Part shown: positions 31,031 to 42,007 of the stretch, one piece after another
How positions within the stretch are numbered: position 1 is the stretch's first letter
Layout of the letters: every line of letters starts with the position of its first letter
NCBI GenBank assembly: GCA_965222225.1
Contig: CBDCTK010000002.1
Coordinates: 896,001 to 960,000 of the forward strand
Source: Candidatus Poribacteria bacterium
Lineage (GTDB): Bacteria > Poribacteria > WGA-4E > JAJDTR01
Reading direction: 5' to 3'
DNA: 64,000 bases
Notes under the pieces: model-generated
Database searches by the model: none
What the model was told of the DNA's origin: nothing
Seen by the model: only the letters and a program-made list of their open reading frames with translations
Program-made: the position numbers and the translations under genes

Positions 31031-32512
31031 TTAGTCGTTCTCGTCGTCCCACATTCCGTTAATCAACTCAACAGTTCGATCAACGAGGACCTGGCCGCCT
31101 TCAGGGCCTACTCTGATGTCGGCGACCTCGACGCTGTAGCCGCCGCCTGCAACCGCTTTGGCTGTAGGCAGATAGCCGCCAGCGGAACACGCCAGTTGGA
31201 TGACAAAAGTTTGCAGCGCTTTACTTTGCGCCTTGATGCGTATGCCATAGTCGACAAACAGCTCAAATGGATTCGTGGCAATGGCAATATCCCCGAATCT
31301 TACGACGTGGAGTTCCATTCGGTAGAAAGGATCTTTCCGTTGCCGTTCGTGCCTATCTATAAGGCTTTTATTGCGACCAAGGGCCACGAAATTTCCGCCC
31401 TTGTCAAACTGCCCCTGTTCCAATAATCTATTATATTCTGACTTTGCGCACTCCAACTCGTCTTCGGTAACCTTTCTCACCGGAAGTTTGAGTTCTTCTA
31501 CCGCATGATCCAGGCGCGCCGCTGTTCGTATATCGCTTTTAGCTGCCGGAAACACGTAATCCACAGCGTCTGCGATCCTGACAGCTATCTCTTCCCGTTC
31601 AGATACGGCCTTTCTCTTCCGCATGTTCTCTTCGGCCCTTCCCGACAACAGGAAACGAGGCGCTTGATCCCCTGCGGCGGAGCATTGCGGCAACACGAAC
31701 AAGCTCTCCGAATAACGCTTTCGCAATTCAGCCCTCGCTTCGTGCCAGAAGTCCGCTGAGACCTGATGCACCGATTCACTCGCCTGAGCGGGGCACGCTA
31801 CATTGACGACTATACCTGTAGGCTCTCCTTCCTCGTTCCAGAAGAAAAGCAGGTTCAGGCTATGATCCTCATATCCCTCTACATGGCTAAAATCCGCCCT
31901 GTCTGTAGAGCCATACATCTTGGCGGAGCCATCAATGTATACTGCTCTTCTGTTATGTCCCACCACAGCGTGGCTCAAAGCCCAACTCGCCCCGCCATGC
32001 TTGCGCCCATTCCATGCCTCAACCACAGCTTCAGACAGGCGACTCAGAAGAAAGTCAACGTATTCGGAAGGCGTCATAACTTCTTCGCTCTGTTCAAGAC
32101 ACCAACCTCCCGCCATAATAGGCGCGGTGTGGGTATGAGTGGCGTTAAGAAACAGCTTTCCGGTATCGAAATCAGGCAGCATTGGTTTGACTATATCGCG
32201 CAGCCGCCCCTGGACCGCCTGTCGATTATCCCCAAATCCAATTGCGAGACGTGAGTCGTCCGGTATCCATAATAGATCGCACGAAACCATGATGACTTGC
32301 TCACTCGCGTTATCCTCGCCCGCCGACTCGATCGCCAGCGCTGTAGCGGTTATGGGATCAAGCGCCTGCTTTGAGATCCTGACAAAGAACTGTCCCGCCA
32401 GCGCTGCCGGCTTTTCGGGTGTTATGTCCGTCGAGGCCCATCCAATGAGAAGCTTGCTTCCTTTTTCGGTCGTGGCGCCGCCAGAAGACGCGTCTAAACA
32501 CGCTGTCTGCAT
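31031..32512 (-). CDS. Neutral/alkaline ceramidase-like hypothetical hydrolase
   Basis: IGWASTDITP, DPITATAL, NATHTHTAP, NRR, SADF and GYLPT. RBS GAGGAG. Confidence 0.8.
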   Translation of the reverse strand: MQTACLDASSGGATTEKGSKLLIGWASTDITPEKPAALAGQFFVRISKQALDPITATALAIESAGEDNASEQVIMVSCDLLWIPDDSRLAIGFGDNRQAVQGRLRDIVKPMLPDFDTGKLFLNATHTHTAPIMAGGWCLEQSEEVMTPSEYVDFLLSRLSEAVVEAWNGRKHGGASWALSHAVVGHNRRAVYIDGSAKMYGSTDRADFSHVEGYEDHSLNLLFFWNEEGEPTGIVVNVACPAQASESVHQVSADFWHEARAELRKRYSESLFVLPQCSAAGDQAPRFLLSGRAEENMRKRKAVSEREEIAVRIADAVDYVFPAAKSDIRTAARLDHAVEELKLPVRKVTEDELECAKSEYNRLLEQGQFDKGGNFVALGRNKSLIDRHERQRKDPFYRMELHVVRFGDIAIATNPFELFVDYGIRIKAQSKALQTFVIQLACSAGGYLPTAKAVAGGGYSVEVADIRVGPEGGQVLVDRTVELINGMWDDEND

Positions 32513-32894
32513 TTCCAAATCTCCTCTTTAGTGGTTCAATCGCTAAGTCGGTGGTGTTGGCGGATGTAGGGGAGTGCCCGCGTGCGCTCCCGATTTCAGT
32601 GGCTTTGGCAACCGGGCGGACAGCCCTCGACCGCTTTTGGTAGGCGGTGGAGGCATCGGAATACAGTCTATCAACATTATTAAGCTGACCAGTTGTAGTG
32701 AGGAGGAAACAGTAATGCGTATTCAGGGAGAGTATGAAACGTCTGTGGCAGTTCCCGTCAATGTCATTGACACCCCTTACCAATAGTTACGCGGCGCACT
32801 GCGCGGTCCTTACTTTCCCCTGCACCTCTAATTCAATAACTCGTGTTACAACTTTTCGATCTGTTGGTACACCTTAGAGTGTTACACTCTAGAA

Positions 32895-33788
32895 CTAGTA
32901 CCAGCCAAAGATAGATGGAGCCACGAGAAAAAACAGGTTCTCTTGTGCGGTCAACGCTTTCTGTTGAGCATCACTGAGCGGTTTGAACCGTTCTGCCGCA
33001 TCTAACAGTTTTGGAACAAGACGTACATCCGAAGCAGTGACTGCTGTTGTTACGTCCTGAGAAAGTACAAACCGCAGACAATCATCTATTTCTTCTTGTT
33101 CATCAAAAGGTTCGTAACCAGTTTTATAAATCTGTCCAGTTGGTGATTGGCTCTGAATTTTATCACCCCATGGCCTTTTGGCTATAGTCTTGATTACCAT
33201 CAGCCCTACGTCTTTTTCCTTTGCTAGCTTTCGGAAGGATTCGTAATGTTTGTAATATTTGGGATTTGCATAAAGAATGAAGTTCAGTGGAAACATAACA
33301 GTGTCGAAATCGAAGCGATTAAGCGCCTCAACATGCGTGCTAAGTTGATGGCCTGTAATCCCAATATATCGAGTCAACCCCTTCTCACGCGCCTCAAGAA
33401 TACCTTCAACTGCCCCACCCGGGCCTGTTACAGTGTCCAATTCGTTGAGAGCGTGAACCCCATGAAGTTGATAAAGATCAAAATAGTCTACCTGCAATCG
33501 CTCCAAAGAGCGATGAAACTCTTCACGCGCTTCCTTCTTTTTCCTTTTGGTAGTCTTGCAGCCAATAGAGATTAAACTTCTGCTGTCTTTATGTCTTCGT
33601 ATCCATGAACCAATCCTCAGTTCTGCCTCCTCATAAGCAGGTGAAACATCAAAACGATTGACACCATGTTCAATTGCTAAATCAATAGCTTTATCCGCCT
33701 CCTTCTGGGAAACAGCGCCGAGACTTGCACCGCCGAAAGTGATTACCGAACTCATATGCTCTGTCTTTCCAAGTCTTCTCTTTTCCAT
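32895..33788 (-). CDS. Aldo/keto reductase
   Basis: MEKRRLGKT, FDVSPAY, SLERLQVDYFDLYQLH and IGITGH. Confidence 0.93.
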   Translation of the reverse strand: MEKRRLGKTEHMSSVITFGGASLGAVSQKEADKAIDLAIEHGVNRFDVSPAYEEAELRIGSWIRRHKDSRSLISIGCKTTKRKKKEAREEFHRSLERLQVDYFDLYQLHGVHALNELDTVTGPGGAVEGILEAREKGLTRYIGITGHQLSTHVEALNRFDFDTVMFPLNFILYANPKYYKHYESFRKLAKEKDVGLMVIKTIAKRPWGDKIQSQSPTGQIYKTGYEPFDEQEEIDDCLRFVLSQDVTTAVTASDVRLVPKLLDAAERFKPLSDAQQKALTAQENLFFLVAPSIFGWY

Positions 33789-33861
33789 AAAATATCTCCT
33801 TCATCCTTCTTGTTCGGGTAAGGGCATAGGGATCAGGGGTTTCCCTATTCCCTACCGGCCT

Positions 33862-34653
33862 CTATCCCCTCAAGCATGTTGAAAGGAAGGCAATACTCTT
33901 TCGCAAACCTGAGAACTCCTCTTCTCTACCTTCGAACTCTATCATCCAGTAGCCGCCGAAGCCTGTCTTCTTTACTATGTTCACGAGCCTGGCAGTATCC
34001 CATTCCGGTTGTTCACCATTCTCGTCGAAGTCATGCATCTTCGGGTGGATCTGCTTGGCAAAAGGAGCCACTTTTTCTATGGCTTGATAGCGAATATCTG
34101 CCCGAAAATTGCCGAAGTCGGGCACCGTTCCGATGTGATCACTATTAATTCTCTTAATAAGTGTGACCAACTCGTCAGGGTTTGCCGAGATCCCACCATG
34201 ATTCTCTATGACCATGTTCAAGCCGCGCTCTTCAGCCTCGGCAGTCAGACGCGCAAAGCTATCAATGCAAAGCTCTAACGCTTTCGGAGCACCGCCCCCT
34301 TGCCCGCCTGTATTATTTCGTACGTTTGGACAACCAAGTATCACGGCGCTGTCCATCCAACGGACAGTGCGATTTATGGCATCCTCGCGGTTGGCCGAAT
34401 CCGCAGATGAAAGATCATAACCCCCGTCGTCAATGGCGATGTTGTTAATATGCACACCGTAACTATCGGCGGCCCCTTTCAGGTTGGTAATATAATCATG
34501 TTCTTGAGAATCGAAGAATGGTGAGTTTAATTCTACGGCATCTACGCCTAACCCACGCACCGCGGCGAAGAATTGCGGGTAATCCATGGTCGGCGGCTTA
34601 GCCAGAAACCGCCTGTAAAAGGACCACGCTGAAATGCCAATTTTCAAATCCAT
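33862..34653 (-). CDS. Sugar phosphate isomerase/epimerase (xylose isomerase-like TIM barrel)
   Basis: IENHGG, PDFGNF, IHPK and IEFEG. Confidence 0.9.
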   Translation of the reverse strand: MDLKIGISAWSFYRRFLAKPPTMDYPQFFAAVRGLGVDAVELNSPFFDSQEHDYITNLKGAADSYGVHINNIAIDDGGYDLSSADSANREDAINRTVRWMDSAVILGCPNVRNNTGGQGGGAPKALELCIDSFARLTAEAEERGLNMVIENHGGISANPDELVTLIKRINSDHIGTVPDFGNFRADIRYQAIEKVAPFAKQIHPKMHDFDENGEQPEWDTARLVNIVKKTGFGGYWMIEFEGREEEFSGLRKSIAFLSTCLRG

Positions 34654-34834
34654 TGATCCTCTCACTCTTTTTCCTCAAAATTTTTCCAAAAGCTTGAGGT
34701 GCGTCAAGGTCGCGCCTGGAAGGCTACTCCCGCTCATAGTCCTGACCCGAGGAATTCTCACCGAAAGCGGCGACAAGGGTCTGAGACATGATCGCCAAGA
34801 ACCGCATGATACCAGCATTTGATAGGGATCATCA

Positions 34835-34871
34835 TGAGGAAATTCGCGCTCTTGGCGGCGCGAATTTCCTC
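34835..34871. terminator. Strong hairpin downstream of the LamG pair (possible terminator)
   Basis: GAGGAAATTCGCGC-N8-GCGCGAATTTCCTC, a 14-bp perfect stem. No clear U-tract. Confidence 0.45.
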
Positions 34872-34978
34872 CCACATTGTAGCAACCATGCGGGTTTGTG
34901 TTCATGGGCATCTAGGCGATCCTGTTGAGAATTTCTATCCTGACCCCGGATTGTTGTGAGTTTGCCGGTGAAAACGGT

Positions 34979-35842
34979 CTACTTTGAAACCTTTATCCCT
35001 CCCCAAGTATGAGCTAGCTTGTCAGTAGGTTGTACTGCAGTTGCAGTAGCCCCCTCCGCAGCAAAGTTCTCCGATATTTCGTCTTCATCTAGAGCTCGAT
35101 TATAAACCGCGACCTCGTCGATGAAACCGTCGAACCATACTGGCCACGAACCATCCCCCGCGAATACTATAGTTCCAATGGTGAAAGGTCCTGTACCTGC
35201 CATAGACTCTGTTAAATTATCTCTTTGTGAGGAAACTGGTTGATCTTCTCCATTAATAGAGAGATGTATACCAGCAACATTAGATGTTCCCTCATAGCTC
35301 ATACAGACGTAAGTCCAATCCGTGGCTATTTTCATAGAATTGTCTGGAGTACTAGAATTAATATCATTGCCTCCAAGTATATGGGACAAGACACCGTTTA
35401 AAGTATATGGCTCATCAGGATGACCAACACCTGTAACAGTGAGTAAATAGCCGTGCCAATTATCATCGATCTTGCCAGCAATAGCCTGGCCCCACAACTG
35501 CCAAGGTTCCACCACTTCCAGCCTTCCTTCGTTTCCTTTAACCCATGCACAAATAGTAAAGGGGTCAAAGGAATCAAAATTCAAACTCTCATCGTTTCCA
35601 CAATTAACAGCATCACCATCGCCATCAAACTCCAGTGCATTACCGACTTTCCCACTGGCTATTTTGGCATCACCGACGATGGTTCCAACATTATCCCCCC
35701 AACCGTCTGCGACCGTTCCATCTGCTATACTCTCAAAGTTCCAGTAACTAACCAGTCCTTCAGTAACAAATTGGGCTTTCGCCACATTTGCATACACAAA
35801 AACAGTTGCTATAACCGCCAGAACCAAAACCTTGTTAAACAT
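34979..35842 (-). CDS. Secreted LamG-like jelly-roll protein
   Basis: Signal peptide (VAKAQ), GLVSYWNF, GKVGNALEFDG, FDGFIDEVAVYNRAL and tail AVQPTDKLAHTWGGIK. Confidence 0.9.
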   Translation of the reverse strand: MFNKVLVLAVIATVFVYANVAKAQFVTEGLVSYWNFESIADGTVADGWGDNVGTIVGDAKIASGKVGNALEFDGDGDAVNCGNDESLNFDSFDPFTICAWVKGNEGRLEVVEPWQLWGQAIAGKIDDNWHGYLLTVTGVGHPDEPYTLNGVLSHILGGNDINSSTPDNSMKIATDWTYVCMSYEGTSNVAGIHLSINGEDQPVSSQRDNLTESMAGTGPFTIGTIVFAGDGSWPVWFDGFIDEVAVYNRALDEDEISENFAAEGATATAVQPTDKLAHTWGGIKVSK

Positions 35843-36110
35843 TTTTAATCTCCTTCTCATTGTGGCACTATCACATTTGCCAGTGAACAAAGCATACTCA
35901 CCCCTATAATTGGGTTTGGACTGCTTATGCACTACCTCAGCGGGTTGGTCCGGAATCGAGATAAACCTATGGAAACAAGCGGACCAAAAATATAAAACCA
36001 TAAAACCCGTTCTATCGGATCAATTTAACCACCCCCATTCTCTTGCTGAGAGTTTTCGAAAAGTCATAGCCCTGACCCCAGATTGTTGTGAATTAGTCGG
36101 TGAAAACGGT

Positions 36111-36974
36111 CTACTTTGAAACCTTTATCTCTCCCCAAGTATGAGCTAGCTTGTTGGTAGGTTGTACTGCAAGCCCGTCCTCAGCAAAGTTCTGCGATAT
36201 TTCGTCTTCACTTAGAGCTCGATTATAAACGGCGACCTCGTCGATGAGACCGTCGAACCATATTGGCCAGTCAGTAACCGTTACATGTCCAATGTGGAAT
36301 CTTGCTCTACTTGATATAGAAGCTGTTAAACCATCTCTTTGCGTGGAAACTGGTTGATCTTCTCCATTAATAGAGAGATGTATACCAGCAACATTAGATG
36401 TTCCCTCATAGCTCATACAGACGTAAGTCCAATCTGTGGCTATAATCATAGAATTGTCTGGAGTACTACAATTAATATCATTGTCTCCAAGTGTATTGGA
36501 CAAGACAGCGTTTAAAGTATATGGCTCATTATTATGACCAGCACCTGTAATAGTGAGTATATAGCCGTGCCAACCATCATCCACCTTGCCAGCAATAGCC
36601 TGGCCCCACTCCTGCCAAGGTTGCAGCACGGCCAGCCCTTCTTCGTGTGCTTTAACCCATGCACAAATACTAAAGGGGTCTTCTGTATCAAAATTCAAAC
36701 TCTCATCGTTTCCACAATCAACAGAATCACCATCGCCATCAAACTCCAGTGCATTACCGACTTTCCCAACTTTTTTTTTGGGATCACCGACGATGGTTCC
36801 ATCATTCTTCCCCCAAACGTCCCTTACCGTTTTACCTTCTATGGTCTCTGCCTCAAAGCTCCAGTAACTAACCAGTCCTTCAGTAACAAATTGGGCTTTT
36901 GCCACATTGGCATACACAAAAAAAGTTGCTATAGTCGTAAGAACAGAGGTTATGGTCAAAATCTTGTTATACAT
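36111..36974 (-). CDS. Secreted LamG-like jelly-roll protein, tandem paralog of 34979-35842
   Basis: Long near-identical blocks shared with its neighbour. Tail AVQPTNKLAHTWGEIK. Confidence 0.9.
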   Translation of the reverse strand: MYNKILTITSVLTTIATFFVYANVAKAQFVTEGLVSYWSFEAETIEGKTVRDVWGKNDGTIVGDPKKKVGKVGNALEFDGDGDSVDCGNDESLNFDTEDPFSICAWVKAHEEGLAVLQPWQEWGQAIAGKVDDGWHGYILTITGAGHNNEPYTLNAVLSNTLGDNDINCSTPDNSMIIATDWTYVCMSYEGTSNVAGIHLSINGEDQPVSTQRDGLTASISSRARFHIGHVTVTDWPIWFDGLIDEVAVYNRALSEDEISQNFAEDGLAVQPTNKLAHTWGEIKVSK

Positions 36975-37096
36975 TTTCGGAATTAGTAGCTTGTAGCTTT
37001 TAGACTGACGACAAACATAAAACTTGGTACCCTGTCGTAAATCTTTTCGTCACACGTAGATGTCCATAGTGACTATTCTTCTCGTAGGAGTTTGCT

Positions 37097-37951
37097 ATGG
37101 ACATTTTGAATCTTATGAAAGAGTTTCCAAATCAAGAATCTTGTCTCAGATTTATAGAGGAAAAACGTTGGAAGGACGGTGTTTGCTGTATCCACTGTGG
37201 CAGTGAAAAAGTTGGACGCAAGAACAAAAACGACATTACTACTGGTTGGAATTGCTACGATTGTGAATCTAGCTTTTCGGCTACAGCAGGAACCATCTTC
37301 CATGGTACCAAGATACCTCTCCAGAAATGGTTTTTGGCTATCTCAATTCTTTCCAATGCCAAGAAAAGCATATCGAGTTGTCAGCTTGCTCGTGACTTGG
37401 ACATGAATCAAAAGTCCGCTTGGTATATGGCAATGCGCCTCCGTGAGAAAATGAGTGATAGTGATGAATTGCTGAAAGGGATAGTTGAAGCGGACGAAAC
37501 CTATGTCGGCGGCAAACCCAGAGCAAAATCTAAGAGAGGTAGAGGCACAAATAAATCTCCCGTCATCGGCGTAGTCGAGAGAGGCGGTCGGGTGGTTGCT
37601 AAATTCATGAAGGTTCTATCTGGTGAAAATATCAGAGAATTCATCCTTAGCAATGTCTCACCCGATGAGTCTATTCTTATGACTGATGAATTTCGCTCTT
37701 ACAATAGTCTGGACGAAGATATCGAAAGACATGTTATCCATCACCAAGAGAGATATGTTTCTGAGGACGGCGTAACTCACACCAACACCATCGAGTCGTT
37801 TTGGGCTTGTGTCAAGAGGTCATTCTACGGAACGCATCATCACTACAGCAAGAAGTGGCTGCCACTGTATATCATGGAGTCTTGCTGGAAATATAATCGC
37901 AGAAAAGATGATGAGATTTTCATAAGATTTTTTGATGAATGCTTCACCTGA
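37097..37951 (+). CDS. IS1595-family transposase
   Basis: Zn ribbon CIHC...CYDC, GTIFHGTKIPL.KW, VEADETYVGG, MTDE and HTNTIESFW. Confidence 0.95.
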   Translation: MDILNLMKEFPNQESCLRFIEEKRWKDGVCCIHCGSEKVGRKNKNDITTGWNCYDCESSFSATAGTIFHGTKIPLQKWFLAISILSNAKKSISSCQLARDLDMNQKSAWYMAMRLREKMSDSDELLKGIVEADETYVGGKPRAKSKRGRGTNKSPVIGVVERGGRVVAKFMKVLSGENIREFILSNVSPDESILMTDEFRSYNSLDEDIERHVIHHQERYVSEDGVTHTNTIESFWACVKRSFYGTHHHYSKKWLPLYIMESCWKYNRRKDDEIFIRFFDECFT

Positions 37952-37969
37952 GCCACATGAATTGTTTGG

Positions 37970-38092
37970 CTATCGGTATATTCTGTCAACGACAACATCA
38001 TGGTGTGCTGAAAATCCCATAGTGTTGGAAATTAAAATCCCGCAGATAACCCGCAATGCTCCCGCGAGCATGTACAAACGCTTGGTCAACAT
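37970..38092 (-). CDS. Small 40-aa passenger ORF inside IS1595 (possibly a truncated exported protein)
   Basis: RBS GGAGG followed by MLTKRLYMLAGALRVICGILISNTMGFSAHHDVVVDRIYR*. Confidence 0.4.
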   Translation of the reverse strand: MLTKRLYMLAGALRVICGILISNTMGFSAHHDVVVDRIYR

Positions 38093-38310
38093 GATATGCC
38101 TCCATTTCTCTCTTATAGAGATGTATTTTAGTGTGAATCAAGATTCCGAACACTGTCTAAAATGATTGTACATTAAGAAGAGAAAAGCAAGCAAATCGAC
38201 CAAAAAGCAGTTAACTACTAAGTCCCTTTTCATTTTGACACCACCTTTCAAGGCGGCATTGTATTATACAACGCTCCTTGAAAATGGACAACATTGGCGA
38301 TCCGAATTGT

Positions 38311-38463
38311 CTAATATTGAGCTTTTACGCCACCCCATGTGATAGCTAACTTGCTATCGGGCTGCACGGCTGACGACGGTATGCGATCGCCGGTGATAGA
38401 TACATCAGCGAAGTTCGCTCCGCCAGTATCAACCGTATACAATCCGATCTTCCCAGCAGCGCC
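38311..38463 (-). pseudogene. C-terminal remnant of a secreted beta-sandwich (DUF1080-like) protein carrying the TWGxxK tail
   Basis: Manual translation (not in the ORF track): GAAGKIGLYTVDTGGANFADVSITGDRIPSSAVQPDSKLAITWGGVKAQY*. Confidence 0.75.
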
Positions 38464-38695
38464 GATTTGATGATTTCACGTATGTCTCTCAGGTAGTCTG
38501 TTACATTCTCCTTTGCTGGCTTTATCACCAGCTTTGGTCTACCATATGGGCTTCTGGGGTTATACTTCCTTATGTTGAATCCCAGAAAATCAAAGCCATG
38601 GCTGATATGGGTTATCTTGGTCTTCTCGTCTAATAACTCTACTCCCACCTTCTCTTTGGCCCCGATAGACACCCTTTCTTTCCACCCACTTTCTC
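38464..38695 (-). mobile_element. Group II intron reverse transcriptase internal remnant
   Basis: GVELLDEKTKITHISHGFDFLGFNIRKY...KLVIKPAKE (RT domain 7 / X-domain boundary). Confidence 0.85.
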
Positions 38696-39208
38696 ATTTA
38701 TGCCGCCACCCCCAGTGCAGACAGGAAATCCAACTGGGCACAATCCTCCTCACGCTTCTGCTTTTCTCATTGCATTTCCCAGTAACCATAAAGCACTTTG
38801 CCATCTTTGTCAAGCACTTTTCTTCATTTTCTGTGTTAGAGCAAACTTCTCCTGCTCCCGACGCTATCCTAATTTTCAATGATATTGTATTAGTCACGAA
38901 TATGTTGCAGTAAAAAGGCCACCTTTTTTGACGATTTTCAATTTGCGACTCTCTGACTAAGAACCTGTCCAAATCCAGTGATTTGCTGCATTCTGAGCAC
39001 GTTTAGATTGGAATCGATCCCATCAAAATAGCAATGTTTGGCTATTTTTTCGACTGCAACATATATCTGACTAATACAACAATCGAAATAATCAAGATAA
39101 AACACAGTAAAATCAATTACTACTTTCCACTATCGGCAAATCATACCATATTCCGCTATTTACGACACGAACGTTTTTCACCTTCGCCAAAAAAATCACC
39201 TGTTGGAA

Positions 39209-40001
39209 TTATGACATAATCAGGCCGCCGTCCACATTTATGGTTTGCGCTGTGATGTAGGACGCATCTTCTGAAGCAAGAAAAGCGACTAATCCAGCCA
39301 CATCTTCAGGCTTTCCTGCTTTCTTCATCGGTATCCCCTCCACCCATTCCCTCATCAGCTCTCCTTCCTTATAGTTACCTAGTAGTTTACCCCATTCCCT
39401 GTCATTATAGGTCCACATATCAGTTTTTATGATCCCCGGGCATATGGCGTTTACTGTTATTCCGCAGGTGGCCAATTCCTTGGCAAGGCTCTGGGTAATG
39501 CCTACAACTCCCATCTTGCTGGCCGCATAATGAGGCGTATAGATGAAACCATCCCTGGCTTGCCCGGATGCAGTGTTGATCAGTCGCCCGTAATCCTGTT
39601 TCATCATGATCCTTGCTGCTGCCTGACAACATAGAAAAACACCTTTGGTATTGACTGCCATGACCCTGTCCCATTCATCCTCGGTCATTTCCTCGACTGT
39701 CGCGATGGTGATGATACCGGCGTTTTGAACGGAAATATCAACGCGTCCGAACTCTTCCACAGCCTTATCATACAGTAGTTCGACGGCAGGTTTCTGGCTT
39801 ACATCGCAGGTGACAGGCAGCCGCTCTACCCAATGCGCTTATCTCTTCCGCAACATCATTAACCCTATCCTCGTTTGCACTTACGACAAGGGCAGCGCCT
39901 TCTGAAGCGAACCGCAGAGCAATGGCTCTGCCTATTCCACGACTTGCTCCGGTAATCACAACCACCTTGTTCTCAAACCTGTTCAGCTTCTCCATTTTCA
40001 T
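39209..40001 (-). pseudogene. SDR oxidoreductase with one frameshift at ~39822
   Basis: VITGASRGIG in one frame. TCDVS...NAGI, YAASK, NAICPG and INVDGG in the other. Confidence 0.88.
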
Positions 40002-40115
40002 CGCTGAATCCTTCGATTTCTCCCCTTTGAGGCGGACTTCGCCCGAACCTTTTCCCATTTTCTATCACCTCCCCTGCTACTGCGACCTGCCACTATTTCC
40101 CGTCGACCGCACGTC

Positions 40116-41693
40116 CTATTTCAGGATGAGCATTCTGCGGGTGGCCTGGAAGGGGCCTGCCTGGAGGGTGTAGAAATAGATGCCACTGGAAACGGTCTCT
40201 CCGACTTGGTCCCTACCGTCCCAATAGGCAGCGGTTTCTCGGCTCAGATAGCCCGCTGCTTTTTGGGTACCGAGATCTAACTCGCGGGTCAGTTGCCCTT
40301 GGACGTTGTAAATGCGAAAAGTGACATCGGCTTCGCTGGCCAGGTGATACGGCAGCCAGGTTTCAGGGTTAAACGGGTTCGGGAAGTTCTGAAGCAGGGC
40401 TGTGTGCTTGACCTTGCCCAACGTTGTCACTCTCAATCCAAACGGCTCAACGGCGAAGGGCGGTGTGCCAAAATCCCTTTCGCTATTATAGACATACACC
40501 AACGCGCCGTCACCATGGGGCTTATTTTCGCCGCGGTCTATCTCCACACCATGAGACGAGACAACGACCATGTTGGTGCTCATAGCGACCGCAAAGCCGA
40601 AGCGGAAATATTTGCCTCCTTCGATGGGCACGACCTTTTTCCTCGCCTCCCAGACGCCGTCAACACGTGCAAAGCCATAAGCGGCACCTGAGGCCGGTGC
40701 GACTTCATTGGCTCCAGCGGCCCCAACGATGGCGATGTTCCCAGCGACGGCGACACCAGATCCGAAGTTATGGTCTTTCCCTGGGTCTATAGCACTCAGC
40801 TTCGCGTGCTGTTTCCAGGTGGCTCCGTTCGGCACAAAGATATAGGCGGCACCGACATCTTCCTTGCGCTCAGCATCATGAAATGGTGCCCCAACGAAGA
40901 TGGTGTTCCCGCCTATGGCAACAGAAGTTCCGAAACCGTCGTGCTGTCCGGCGTCGTCGGCCGTGAGTTTGGCTTGTTGTACCCATGTCTCCCCCTCGCG
41001 TACGAAGACATAGGCGGCGCCGGCGGATTTTTTTCCACTATGCGCGTGCGCAGGCGCCCCGACGACGATGGTGCCCCCACGGAGGACGACGGCCTCTCCG
41101 AAAGCGTCTCCTTTTGCTAAATCTCTGGCGACCAGCTTCACCTGCTGTTTCCAAATGCCCTCATCTTTTACAAAGATATAGGCAGAACCCGAGTTGCTGC
41201 CGGCATCATCGTCCTTGGGTGACCCAACGATGGCAGTGTTCCTGTCAATGTAAACAGCTTTTCCGAACGAGTCGGCTGCTTTTGTGTCTTCGCCAGAAAG
41301 TTTCACCCGACCTTTCCAGTTGTTCGCGCCCTGGGCAAAGATAGAAACCGAACTGGCAAATGGTTGCCCAACAATGGCAGTGGTCCCGCTGATGCCGACC
41401 GACCATCCGAAGGTCTCGGGTGGATCACCTGGTTTGGGGAAGAGTTCCACCTGCTTTTCCCACTTTTTGCCATCGTTTTTGAAGATTACGGTGCTGTCAT
41501 CGCGAGGTTTATTGAGGAGAGGGCCCCCAACGATCACGAATTCTCCACTAATATCACTGGACAAGTGGTGTGCCCCCTGTTTGTCATGGACGACAAGCTT
41601 GACTTCGTCTTCGCGCGCGAAGGCCGTGTGATTGATGGACCCCGATACAATACCGACAACCAGACTGAAGAGAATAAACCTGAAGGTTTTCAT
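40116..41693 (-). CDS. Secreted FG-GAP repeat protein with a C-terminal T9SS/FlgD-Ig-like domain
   Basis: Signal peptide, repeats FG.[SA]V.I.G.T..VGAP...GAAY[IV]F, and LLQNFPNPFNPETWLPY...YWDGRD..GE.VSSGIYFY.L...TRRMLILK. Confidence 0.9.
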   Translation of the reverse strand: MKTFRFILFSLVVGIVSGSINHTAFAREDEVKLVVHDKQGAHHLSSDISGEFVIVGGPLLNKPRDDSTVIFKNDGKKWEKQVELFPKPGDPPETFGWSVGISGTTAIVGQPFASSVSIFAQGANNWKGRVKLSGEDTKAADSFGKAVYIDRNTAIVGSPKDDDAGSNSGSAYIFVKDEGIWKQQVKLVARDLAKGDAFGEAVVLRGGTIVVGAPAHAHSGKKSAGAAYVFVREGETWVQQAKLTADDAGQHDGFGTSVAIGGNTIFVGAPFHDAERKEDVGAAYIFVPNGATWKQHAKLSAIDPGKDHNFGSGVAVAGNIAIVGAAGANEVAPASGAAYGFARVDGVWEARKKVVPIEGGKYFRFGFAVAMSTNMVVVSSHGVEIDRGENKPHGDGALVYVYNSERDFGTPPFAVEPFGLRVTTLGKVKHTALLQNFPNPFNPETWLPYHLASEADVTFRIYNVQGQLTRELDLGTQKAAGYLSRETAAYWDGRDQVGETVSSGIYFYTLQAGPFQATRRMLILK

Positions 41694-42007
41694 GAGAATC
41701 TCCTTTCGATGTGCCGTCGCCGGCATACGGCGTCATGATGCTCGATTCCTTAACTATTAACCTATTGAGCGACGGCAAAAATTAAACTTGAGCGCCTACT
41801 GTTGTCTCCTTGGTTGAACAAACTACGACCTATTTTACGGCAGTTTGTAATGGTCAATGAAATGTTGCAGATGCTCCTACGAGGATCCCGGGGCGGACAG
41901 CTTTAAAACTTCAGTCGGTGTTGCATCGTGTTCCCCCCAGAGTTGGGGGAACGCAAATCGAGAAGACGCTGCAACACCTTCTTGACCAATACATAATTTT
42001 CAATGAT

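Larger units (their letters stand above)
36979..38225 (+). mobile_element. IS1595-family element with imperfect TIRs
   Basis: Left end GGAATTAGTAGCTTGTAGCTTTT. Right end (reverse complement) GGACTTAGTAGTTAACTGCTTTT. Contains the transposase at 37097-37951. No TSD seen. Confidence 0.75.

Noticed and set aside
34979-36974. DGR template/variable repeat pair in the near-identical LamG paralogs
   Set aside because: The differences are not confined to adenines and include indels, consistent with ordinary tandem duplication.
38464-38695. Retron or DGR reverse transcriptase system
   Set aside because: Only a short fragment with group II intron motifs (GFDFLGF, KL.IKP) remains. No msr/msd or TR/VR pair was seen.
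41917-41978. Mini inverted-repeat element GGTGTTGCA...TGCAACACC with an inner hairpin
   Set aside because: Single copy with 9-bp arms, too little evidence to call a MITE.
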